This document shows positions 19,547 to 27,718 of a stretch of 64,000 nt of DNA, in pieces. Under the pieces are notes generated by a model, which saw only the letters and a list, made by a program, of their open reading frames with translations, did no database searches and was not told the DNA's origin. Position numbers and translations under genes: made by a program. Each line of letters opens with the position of its first letter. Position 1 is the first letter of the stretch. This stretch comes from an uncultured Prochlorococcus sp. (GTDB taxonomy: Bacteria; Cyanobacteriota; Cyanobacteriia; PCC-6307; Cyanobiaceae). The stretch covers positions 545-64,544 of the forward strand of contig CABZHQ010000003.1 in the NCBI GenBank assembly GCA_902525585.1, in the 5' to 3' direction.

Positions 19547-20344
19547 ATGAATGATAAGAAAGTATTTTGGAAAAGAAAACCGTTAATAAAAAATAGGTTA
19601 TTAAGAATTGGATTAATTTTGCTAATTAGTACTTACTTATTATCTGTTTTCCTAACTACCGAAATTGATTGGCAAAGAATTCTTGAAGGGATCCCAAGGG
19701 GTAAAAATTTTATATTTGCTTTTTTCCCTCCAGATTTCATAACTAGATCTGATGAGATTTTGGCAGGTATTTTTGAAAGTCTATGGATGACTATTGTTGC
19801 AACTATTGTGGGGATACTTATTTCTATACCTGTATCCTTAGGGGCGGCTAAAAACATAGCCCCTAAATTTGTTTATTTCTTATCAAGAGGAGTTATCACA
19901 TTATCGAGGAGTTTTCAGGAGGTTATCCTAGCAATATTTTTTGTTAAGTTAATGGGTTTTGGACCTTTTGCTGGGATGGTAACTCTGAGTTTATCGACAA
20001 TAGGGTTTTTCGCTAAATTATTATCTGAAGATATTGAAGACATAAATAAATCCCAAGCTGAAGCAATTAAATCTACTGGTAGCAGTTGGTTTCAATGGGT
20101 TAATTATGGTGTCCAGCCTCAAGTTATGCCAAGATTTATTGGATTATCTTTATACAGATTGGATATTAATTTTAGAGAGTCAGCTGTAATTGGAATTGTT
20201 GGGGGAGGAGGTATTGGTTCTACCTTAAATACAGCTTTTGATAGATATGAATTTGAGACTGCAGCGGCTGTTCTTATCGTAATTATTTCTATCGTGATGA
20301 TTGTTGAATATACATCTAGTCATCTCAGGAAATTAATAAAGTAA
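19547..20344 (+). CDS. phnE: Phosphonate ABC permease
   Basis: EAA loop; YRLDINFRESAVIGIVGGGGIG. Confidence 0.88.
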   Translation: MNDKKVFWKRKPLIKNRLLRIGLILLISTYLLSVFLTTEIDWQRILEGIPRGKNFIFAFFPPDFITRSDEILAGIFESLWMTIVATIVGILISIPVSLGAAKNIAPKFVYFLSRGVITLSRSFQEVILAIFFVKLMGFGPFAGMVTLSLSTIGFFAKLLSEDIEDINKSQAEAIKSTGSSWFQWVNYGVQPQVMPRFIGLSLYRLDINFRESAVIGIVGGGGIGSTLNTAFDRYEFETAAAVLIVIISIVMIVEYTSSHLRKLIK

Positions 20345-21159
20345 TGCCAATAATAAAACAAAAGGATTACAAAACCTGGAAAAAATTTGATCGAAAAAGA
20401 GATTTACAAAACTGGCTTTGTTGGTTCTTAGGTACTTTAATTTTTAGCTTTTGTTTCGGTCTGATTAGTAGTAAAACAATCTGGTTTTATGTATTTGATT
20501 CACATAATGAGGCTTTAGATCTTTTAGGTAGAATGTTTCCTCCAGAAACTAATTATTTCTTAACTTTAATAAAACCTATTTGGGATACTTTAAATATCGC
20601 GACTATTGGTACAACGATTGGAACTTTAATTGCAATACCATTAGCTTTTTTATCCGCAAACAATACTACCCCAAGTAAAAAGTTTTTAAGACCTTTAGCC
20701 TTATTTTGCATAGTTTCAAGCAGATCAATTAATTCAGTAATCTGGGCATTACTTCTTGTTGCAGTTGTCGGTCCGGGAGTCTTGGCTGGCATAATTGCTA
20801 TCGGATTAAGATCGATTGGATTTTGTGGAAAATTACTTTATGAAGCTATAGAGGAAATAGATGAAAACCAAATTGAAGCTATTGAGGCAACAGGGGCAAA
20901 TAAAGCACAAATTATGACCTTTGGCATAGTGCCTCAAATTCTCCCAGCATTTACGAGTATTTCTATTTATAGGTGGGATATAAATATTAGAGAAGCAACT
21001 GTTGTTGGCTTAGTTGGAGCAGGAGGTATAGGGATAGAATTAGATGCTCAAATAGGAGACTTAGCTTGGGCTAAGGTATCAGTTATTTTATTAGCAATAG
21101 TAGTAGCGGTTGTTTTTAGTGAATGGATTACAGCAAAAATAAGGAGATTTATTCTATAG
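20344..21159 (+). CDS. phnE: Second phosphonate ABC permease
   Basis: YRWDINIREATVVGLVGAGGIG. Confidence 0.88.
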   Translation: MPIIKQKDYKTWKKFDRKRDLQNWLCWFLGTLIFSFCFGLISSKTIWFYVFDSHNEALDLLGRMFPPETNYFLTLIKPIWDTLNIATIGTTIGTLIAIPLAFLSANNTTPSKKFLRPLALFCIVSSRSINSVIWALLLVAVVGPGVLAGIIAIGLRSIGFCGKLLYEAIEEIDENQIEAIEATGANKAQIMTFGIVPQILPAFTSISIYRWDINIREATVVGLVGAGGIGIELDAQIGDLAWAKVSVILLAIVVAVVFSEWITAKIRRFIL

Positions 21160-21207
21160 AATAGATTCAATACTATTTTGTTTAATGGAGCTAAATGCTA
21201 ATTATGG

Positions 21208-21224
21208 TAGATCGACTGTCAATC
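21208..21224 (-). repeat. 17-bp repeat copy 1 (GATTGACAGTCGATCTA)
   Basis: Exact copy; contains the TGA stop of the 21219-21527 gene. Confidence 0.9.
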
Positions 21225-21527
21225 GTGATATCCAACTTTAGAAACAATATTTCCTGAAACAGGGTCAGTAACTCCAAGTTCTGGAGACAACTCTTCCATA
21301 AATCCTCTAACCTCATCAAGGTGAGCAATCATAGCTGGTCTTTGAGCTGCAATAGCTTCTGCACTTTTCCAGATCCCAACAAAACAGTAATCATAATCTC
21401 CAGTTTTAGCGATATATCTTTGAGTCATCCCCTCAAAACTTGTTTTATCTATTACTTCGAAATACTTATCTACACAATCAGACTTTAATTTAAATCGAAC
21501 AACATTCATAAAATTTTGAGCAGTCAT
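21219..21527 (-). CDS. Small ABM-like (dimeric alpha/beta barrel) hypothetical protein
   Basis: MNVVRF..K, C.VG.W, ELSPELGVTDPVSG motif. Confidence 0.65.
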   Translation of the reverse strand: MTAQNFMNVVRFKLKSDCVDKYFEVIDKTSFEGMTQRYIAKTGDYDYCFVGIWKSAEAIAAQRPAMIAHLDEVRGFMEELSPELGVTDPVSGNIVSKVGYHD

Positions 21528-21552
21528 AAAAAAAGAGGGTTTTTATACCCTC
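21528..21552 (-). terminator. Hairpin plus U-tract following repeat copy 2
   Basis: GAGGGT-ataaaa-ACCCTC-TTTTTTT. Confidence 0.65.
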
Positions 21553-21558
21553 CAATTT

Positions 21559-21575
21559 TAGATCGACTGTCAATC
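21559..21575 (-). repeat. 17-bp repeat copy 2
   Basis: Exact copy; overlaps the stop codon of 21574-21786. Confidence 0.9.
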
Positions 21576-21786
21576 AATAAGCAGTTCCTCCTAATTTCTC
21601 AAGTAATTCATACTTATCTCTTTTCTCATACCACTTATTTAAATCTTCTTCACTTACTGTTTTAAATAAAAATAAGGATATCTTTTCTAAATAATCAGCA
21701 ATATAAATTCTTGAAATTGGGTTTAGAGAAACATAAATTATGGTAATTAAAACTAATAAAAGTTCAAATAGGAGTATGCGTTTCAT
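21574..21786 (-). CDS. Small membrane-anchored protein (NPISRIYIADYLEKIS family)
   Basis: Close paralog at 27140-27352. Confidence 0.75.
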   Translation of the reverse strand: MKRILLFELLLVLITIIYVSLNPISRIYIADYLEKISLFLFKTVSEEDLNKWYEKRDKYELLEKLGGTAY

Positions 21787-21794
21787 TCATAAAT

Positions 21795-22363
21795 TTAAAT
21801 TGAAGTTCCTTTTTTGAGCTTTGACGAGGAATCATTTTCTGGAAAAATCTGTTTTATATTTTCTGGAAAGAAAAACTCTAATTGCCTCCTTAAATCACCT
21901 TCATATAAATAGTCTTTTGTTGAGACTTTAAAAGTATCTCTTACTAACCGAACATTTATTTTTTCCTTTTTACCTGCCTCATTAATTCTTGATAAAACTA
22001 ATTTAATTGGCTTATCTTTGGTCCTTTTATGAGAGAAACAGCTTCATTTATACCCATTCCTTTAGTTGATTTGCCATCTATTTTTATGATTACATCATTT
22101 GGTTTAATGTCAGCTGAAGCAGCAGGTGATTCATTTATTACAGATTGAATAGTTAATTCAGCAGTGTCACTATTGAGAAAAAGCCTTATTCCAATCCCTG
22201 ATATTTCCTTATCTTTTTTATGAGATAGTTTTTTATTAGTTTTCACACATCCTGCATAATCTCATGCTTCTAAACATTTTTTATGTAATTCATCAGATAT
22301 TTCAGCATTAACAGCAGTTGGCAAAGCGAGGGCAGCTAGTAATGAGAGTAGTAAGCGTTTCAT
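21795..22363 (-). pseudogene. Secreted PDZ-domain protein pseudogene
   Basis: MKRLLLSLLAALALPTAVNA signal; in-frame TGA at about 22262; GIGI...SPAA..DI..NDVI..IDG PDZ; frameshift near 22017, after which GPK-DKPIKLVLSR continues to a stop at 21795. Confidence 0.8.
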
Positions 22364-22367
22364 TTAT

Positions 22368-22772
22368 TTATTCAACAATAATTGAGCCTCCCATCCCAAA
22401 AGGTGCATGAGGAGAACAAACATAATAGTATTTCCCAGCTGATACACCCGTTGTGTTCCATGATAGTTTTCCATCTTGAGTTCCAGGGGTACCTGATAAT
22501 GTCCCTGTGGTTACTTGATCACCGCCTCCACGAGAAAATTCAGTCTTTATATAAAACGGATGACTAAACGCATCAACATTAAAAACAATAGTATCTCCTT
22601 TATTAACAGTAACTGTAGGATCATTCCCATTTACAGATCCATTTTTATCTTTACCACTAAGAATATAGTTTTCTATACTTTCTGCTGAAACATCAATAAA
22701 GTAAGTCTCTGACTTTGCATTCGCTGGAAATGAAAAACCTAAAAGCAAAGGCAATAATAAAAGTGAACGCAT
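22368..22772 (-). CDS. Secreted cupredoxin (blue-copper) domain protein
   Basis: Signal peptide; V.KGDT..F, HPF and YYYVCSPH...GMGG.I.V type-1 copper ligands. Confidence 0.75.
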   Translation of the reverse strand: MRSLLLLPLLLGFSFPANAKSETYFIDVSAESIENYILSGKDKNGSVNGNDPTVTVNKGDTIVFNVDAFSHPFYIKTEFSRGGGDQVTTGTLSGTPGTQDGKLSWNTTGVSAGKYYYVCSPHAPFGMGGSIIVE

Positions 22773-22799
22773 AAGTACAAGGAATTTATATAAACATAT

Positions 22800-22828
22800 T
22801 AAAAAAAAAAAGGAGCTAATTGCCCCTT
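22800..22828 (-). terminator. Hairpin plus U-tract following repeat copy 3
   Basis: AAGGGGC-aatta-GCTCCTT followed by about 10 T. Confidence 0.7.
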
Positions 22829-22832
22829 ATTT

Positions 22833-22849
22833 TAGATCGACTGTCAATC
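22833..22849 (-). repeat. 17-bp repeat copy 3
   Basis: Exact copy, 7 nt after the stop of 22857-23177. Confidence 0.9.
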
Positions 22850-22856
22850 AATTAAA

Positions 22857-23177
22857 TTATCCCATCGCTGCTACTTCTTCAGCAAGTTGTTTATTTCTTA
22901 GAATAACTTCTTCATCATTAAAAACAGGAAGTACATTCCATTCAACGCCAAATTTTGCTCTCCAAATACCAAAATGTTCAGCCATTTTAAGATGACTGTC
23001 AGCTTTGCATGTTACGAAAACTTCTCCGGTTTGAGGAGCATGGACTCTACTTATCAATTCAAAGCCGTCAAAATTATCCTTAGGTGCGCCGGAAGCAATA
23101 TATTGTTCAAAGAGTTTGTACCCTTCAGATTGCGAAAGAGTATCTGGGATAACTCCATGAACGTGATAGTAAGCCAT
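22857..23177 (-). CDS. DUF3303-like protein
   Basis: G.P.D..DGFEL..R.HAP..G, W......W...PV..DEE pattern; related to 31318-31629. Confidence 0.65.
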   Translation of the reverse strand: MAYYHVHGVIPDTLSQSEGYKLFEQYIASGAPKDNFDGFELISRVHAPQTGEVFVTCKADSHLKMAEHFGIWRAKFGVEWNVLPVFNDEEVILRNKQLAEEVAAMG

Positions 23178-23256
23178 AATTAGAATTCAATAGTGTAATT
23201 TCAATCTAAAAACGATAATTTAAAAAGTATTTAATTTATCTTTAAATTTAGATTTT

Positions 23257-23273
23257 TAGATCGACTTTCAATC
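23257..23273 (-). repeat. 17-bp repeat copy 4 (1 mismatch)
   Basis: GATTGAAAGTCGATCTA, 1 nt after the stop of a decayed ORF. Confidence 0.85.
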
Positions 23274-23274
23274 T

Positions 23275-23500
23275 TTAATTAAAATCTGCTTTACCCAGTT
23301 TAGTTTTGAAGACTTTAAAAGTAAGACCACTTTCGTTAATTGCTACAATTACTTAATCTCCAACAGTTCCATAAAATTCAATAGACGAATCTCCGTCACA
23401 CAGTCCAGCGTGAACTTCAAGATAAGCACCGACAGGAGGGTTAACTAAATAAGCAAGAAATGCATCATCATTTTTAAAAACCTCTGACCATACAAAACGA
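23275..23500 (-). pseudogene. Remnant of an ABM-like monooxygenase gene
   Basis: FVWSEVFKNDDAFLAYLVNPPVGAYLEVH...IEFYGTVGD*...FKVFKTKLG; internal stop and no start codon. Confidence 0.6.
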
Positions 23501-23991
23501 AGTTTGCAAGATAAATTTAAATGGCCCATCTGTTGCTGTTTAATTATTTCTAGGGAGTGTTGTAATTATTCTTTAATCCACTTTTTAGTCTTTAGAAATT
23601 TCAATTTATCTGTAATTGATAGGAATCTGAATTTTTTGAATCTCCCTGTTCATTTTTGTGAGAAAGCACAGCTCCAAATCTATTTTTCCTACTCATCTGC
23701 AATCCAATGGATAATTACTTTTTATTAAAAATATAACTTGCAAAAATGCCTTTCTTTTTGTTTCTTTTTTTTTCTTTTAAACAATTCATAACTTGCTTAT
23801 AACTTTAAAATGTGACTCTAATAATGCATTCAATTCTTCTAAATCAAAGCAGTGGTCTTGGATGCAGTTTTTTATAGTATGCAGCAAGTAAACTAATAAT
23901 TTTTAAAAATTAAAATAATATTTTATTTTTTCTTATTCGTATCTTATTTAATTCTTAAAGAAGAGTTCATTAAATCTTTTAAGCTATTGGT

Positions 23992-24037
23992 AGCTTCTAC
24001 ATTCTCCTCACACGAAATAGAGAAGCTTTTTCTTTTT
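23992..24037 (+). ncRNA. Candidate Yfr1/Yfr10-like sRNA (3' part)
   Basis: Stem AGCTTCT/AGAAGCT enclosing CTCCTCACAC, followed by a U-tract. Confidence 0.5.
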
Positions 24038-24189
24038 GAAATAAATTTGGTATGACTTATTTTGCAGAGCCAAATTACATAGAATATGAGCTGTGGTTTG
24101 ATTCAAATATTAATGCAGTTGATTTAATTAACTATTCAGATGAAAATGAATTTTGTAATTTTACGCATAAAAAATTCCATAAGATATCA

Positions 24190-24475
24190 AGTTTAAATTT
24201 AGTTATTGGTTCCTCAAAATATAAACAAATGATGATGGTTTTGTAAAAGTCTTCAAAGATAAGAAATTAATATTTGATTACAATGGTATAACATCTGACT
24301 GGAAAGGAAAATACACTGGTACTAATGTTAAGAATAGGTGTTTATAGACACTCGGGAAAACAAATTGGAATTGAATACCCCGATCAATCTATCCATTTTG
24401 ATGATTTTATTGTCGTCTCAGATCAAAAAACTTTAGACCAATTGATCAGAAAGAATGAAAAACCCAATGATTGAT
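24190..24475 (+). pseudogene. Frameshifted remnant resembling the C-terminus of a polysaccharide-lyase-like protein
   Basis: Fragments DDGFVKVFKDKKLIFDYNGIT and RIGVYR...SIHFDDFIV lie in different frames. Confidence 0.4.
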
Positions 24476-24608
24476 TAAATTAAATTAAATAGAAAGAGCG
24501 GTAACTATATTCTTAACGATATTATGTAGATAATTTAACCAGAATTTAAAGTGAGGGACTCGCATTTTGAAGAAAAGAAAGAGAATATAAAGAAAAAAGG
24601 TAATTCCA

Positions 24609-24812
24609 ATGGAATCAACCAAAATACCAAAAATGATTATTAAAAAACAACTTAAAAAGGGAGTTATCAAGAAACAGCTTAAAAAGGTTGATAAAGCAAT
24701 TGTTGAAATTGCAGAAATGAAATTTGAAAATTATGAAGAAAAAGAAGAAAAACTAGACGCGCTTGTTTTTTTAAAGAATCAAATATTGACAGAATCTAGG
24801 GAATTACTATGA
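24609..24812 (+). CDS. Hypothetical charged protein
   Basis: 67-aa ORF with IKKQLKK duplication; stop overlaps the next ATG. Confidence 0.5.
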   Translation: MESTKIPKMIIKKQLKKGVIKKQLKKVDKAIVEIAEMKFENYEEKEEKLDALVFLKNQILTESRELL

Positions 24813-24973
24813 ACGGAAGACTAGACAAGGTTGCTATGACCAATAAACTAATGCAACTCAAGAGAGAACTGCACTACAAATGTGCGATTGGTGAAAAGGG
24901 GAAATGGGAATGTATAGGAGCAAACGATTATCTCAACAGAGTGTTTGATGCATTAGATGAATTTTGGCAGTAA
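24809..24973 (+). CDS. 54-aa cyanophage-like protein (MNGRLDKVAMTNKLMQLKREL...)
   Basis: Translated by hand; resembles small T4-like cyanomyovirus ORFs (from recollection). Confidence 0.6.
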   Translation: MNGRLDKVAMTNKLMQLKRELHYKCAIGEKGKWECIGANDYLNRVFDALDEFWQ

Positions 24974-24980
24974 ATACTAA

Positions 24981-25193
24981 ACAAAAAAAAGAATTGATAT
25001 AGCGACTTGTTGGGCTACTAAAAGAATTTCTGTTATGGATAATCTAGAAAGATATGAAGACAGTTATGCAATAGCAGAAGAATTTAGAGAGTGGATACTG
25101 CATATAGGAGAAAAGAATGAAAATTTAAGAGATTCTTTTTTAAACTTACCAAAGGAATTAGAAGTATTATTAGACCAAAAAGTCAACGATTAA
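24981..25193 (+). pseudogene. 5'-truncated conserved hypothetical (RID.AT.WA..RI...YEDSYAI.EEF.EWI)
   Basis: Open frame with no start codon; upstream stop at 24978; could start internally at ATG 25035. Confidence 0.5.
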
Positions 25194-25688
25194 ATGAAAC
25201 GCTTAGCTTTATTTATTGTTTTCCCACTTATATTTGGTTTCGGAAACGATAAAGCAAGATTATGCGAAGACCTTAAATTTGCAATAAATAAATCAAAAAA
25301 TGATTATCAGCAAAAAATATCATTTGCAAAACAAAGCAAAGAATTTGCTAATGATAAAATTACCAAAATTTATGCAATAGAGACAAAATGGGAGGATCTT
25401 TTTGATAGTCCTTATGAAATAGAAAGCTTATGTAATGAATATTTCTTAATAAAAGAATTTGATATTGATTTATCTAGTGAATGTTATTTGTTTGAAACTA
25501 TCTTAAAAAGTGGAAATTATAGTGATGAAGATTTTGATTTTATGCCCAAAGAAAGAAGACAAAATACTCAAGCTCTTATAGAAGAATTTAAAGCCAAATA
25601 TGATCAAATTAATAAACAAGCAAAAGAAGATTATTTATCAGAACAAAAAGAAATGCAGAAAATATATCGAAAGAAAAAATGCGATTAA
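25194..25688 (+). CDS. Hypothetical secreted coiled-coil protein
   Basis: MKRL signal peptide; Cys pairs. Confidence 0.65.
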   Translation: MKRLALFIVFPLIFGFGNDKARLCEDLKFAINKSKNDYQQKISFAKQSKEFANDKITKIYAIETKWEDLFDSPYEIESLCNEYFLIKEFDIDLSSECYLFETILKSGNYSDEDFDFMPKERRQNTQALIEEFKAKYDQINKQAKEDYLSEQKEMQKIYRKKKCD

Positions 25689-25883
25689 ATCACTTATGGT
25701 TTTTAAATGAAACGCTTGATATTACCTCGACCCAAAGACTAAATTAATGGAATTTTTAAATGAGCTTTAGCAAAATCATTAAGACCCATACCATGCAATT
25801 CTTGGTATAGGTTGAATAATATTATTGTTGGTAATTTACAATAGATTACTCAATAAATATCATTAATCACAAACCATCGTAGA

Positions 25884-26036
25884 TTAAGCAGCATCAGATA
25901 TATTGTTATTCGTATCTTCAATCTTTTCAATCTCTTTAATCATTTCCTCTAGCCATAAAGTATTATCTTCTGATCTCTTTTTAAAATAAGAAATCTTAGG
26001 TTGATTTATTTCTAATGTCTCATAATCTCCACTCAT
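25884..26036 (-). CDS. 50-aa microprotein (MSGDYETLEINQP...ISDAA)
   Basis: Translated by hand. Confidence 0.55.
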   Translation of the reverse strand: MSGDYETLEINQPKISYFKKRSEDNTLWLEEMIKEIEKIEDTNNNISDAA

Positions 26037-26193
26037 AAAATTTTCCTAAATTTATAACCACTTAAATTTTAGTTAGTTTATTTATTAGTTTTACTAAGGG
26101 GAAAATAAGAAAAAATTAATTTATGGTTAATATGAACTAAGACAAATTAAATATTATTTATAAAAATATCGGAAACACTTAATTTACCTAATG

Positions 26194-26427
26194 CTAACCA
26201 CCAGTACAGAAACGAACCGCATCAGCTGTTGGCGAACCAGTCGCTTTCATTTCTTCAACACATTCATTAAAGAACTTTGATTCTTTTTTTAAAGAGCAAA
26301 AGCTTAGTGCAATAGCTACTAAGGCAACAGCTGATACAACTGCTGATCCTAGTTGTATCACTCCATAAGCAAGCATAGCTTTATTCTTTTTAAAATCTTT
26401 TTTTGTATCTTTCTTTTTATCAGACAT
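26194..26427 (-). CDS. Small membrane protein with a Cys motif
   Basis: Paralog of 32201-32437; likely start MSDKKK at 26427. Confidence 0.75.
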   Translation of the reverse strand: MSDKKKDTKKDFKKNKAMLAYGVIQLGSAVVSAVALVAIALSFCSLKKESKFFNECVEEMKATGSPTADAVRFCTGG

Positions 26428-26717
26428 TTTTTTTGAAATTCTTAACTTATTATATTCAACTAAATAACTAGACTCCACATAAAGAAAAGGTGAGTTATAA
26501 AGTTAAATGTATATTGTTAATCCCATAACCAAATTCTGAAGAGGAAAAGCTCAAACTAAAAAGTAGAAAAAGTGATGAGAAAATTAATTAAAAATTTATT
26601 TGAAATTAATTATTTTGTGATTGGTTTTTGAAAATAATTTAATTTCTTAAAGATAACGTTTTCTTAAATTATTTTTAAATTTCATATGACATAAATATAG
26701 ATAATTGAATAATCTTA

Positions 26718-27119
26718 ATGCATATTGATGATGCAGTGTTTTTAGAGGATTTATGCCCTAAGCTCAAATTAAGATTCTGGCGAAAGTCTATTCATACATT
26801 TACGAGCAAAAGATGCATATATTGCGGAAAACCTTCAGAGTCTATTGATCATATATTGCCACGAAGTAAAGGAGGTTTAAACTTAACAGAAAATTGTGTT
26901 CCAGCTTGTCTTTCATGCAATGGAGACAAATCAGATGAGAATGTTTTTGATTGGTATAGAAAGAAAAAATTTTATGATCCTAGAAGAGCTATGGCTATTA
27001 GAGCATGGTTAGATGGAGACTTAATATTATCTATAAGATTATTGCAATGGGCTAATCAAGAAATTAAGGAAAATAAAGCAAATTTTGAACAAGAAGAATT
27101 AAATCTAGATGCTGCTTAA
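26718..27119 (+). CDS. HNH endonuclease family protein
   Basis: CIYCG, IDHILPRSKGG, N.VPACLSCN..K. Confidence 0.88.
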   Translation: MHIDDAVFLEDLCPKLKLRFWRKSIHTFTSKRCIYCGKPSESIDHILPRSKGGLNLTENCVPACLSCNGDKSDENVFDWYRKKKFYDPRRAMAIRAWLDGDLILSIRLLQWANQEIKENKANFEQEELNLDAA

Positions 27120-27139
27120 CTAGAAAATTTGAGGGAAAT

Positions 27140-27352
27140 TTGAGGGGACGCTTATTAAAAACAATACTTTTGTTAGGTTCAATTTTTGTTGTTTTTATTT
27201 GTTTTAATCCAATTTCAAGAATTTATATTGCTGATTACCTGGAGAAGATATCGTTATTTTTATTCAGAACAATAAGTGAAAAAGATTTAAATGATTGGTA
27301 TGAAAAAAGAGATAAATATGAATTACTTGATAAATTAAGCGGGCCTTCATAA
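27140..27352 (+). CDS. Small membrane-anchored protein
   Basis: Paralog of 21574-21786. Confidence 0.75.
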   Translation: MRGRLLKTILLLGSIFVVFICFNPISRIYIADYLEKISLFLFRTISEKDLNDWYEKRDKYELLDKLSGPS

Positions 27353-27443
27353 CAATAGACTTCAAAGGTGGATAAAAGGGCAGTAAATATCCCAATTTTG
27401 AATAACCTTTTAAGGTTTGAAAAAGTATTGATATACAATTGCT

Positions 27444-27608
27444 TTAGTATCCGAATGAAGCAAAAAAATCATCCTCTTTATATGGAGTTGTATCAATCCA
27501 TTCTGGAGGATAATCCCCAAATTTAACGTATTGATAAAGCTTATCTAAATCTGGATCATAATAAGTGTCATTAATTCTTGGATCAGTTATTACTTTGTTT
27601 GGATGCAT
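27444..27608 (-). CDS. 54-aa microprotein (MHPNKVITDPRINDTYYDPD...), missing from the ORF track
   Basis: Translated by hand; paralog of 14746-14913. Confidence 0.8.
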   Translation of the reverse strand: MHPNKVITDPRINDTYYDPDLDKLYQYVKFGDYPPEWIDTTPYKEDDFFASFGY

Positions 27609-27718
27609 AATAATAATTATTTGTACTCTTTCCTCATAGATTATCTAGATTAAAGCAGCTTTAAATCTCATTTAAAATTTACTTTTAATACAAATTTTTT
27701 TTAAAAGCAAGCCTTTAT

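Noticed and set aside
21208-23273. 17-bp repeats read as a CRISPR array or as sigma70 promoters
   Set aside because: Spacers are 0.3-1.3 kb and contain whole genes, and there are no cas genes. TTGACA is not followed by a -10 box at 16-18 bp.
23504-24670. Track ORFs 23504, 24052 and 24485
   Set aside because: No recognisable motifs; the region is better explained by pseudogene debris and an sRNA candidate
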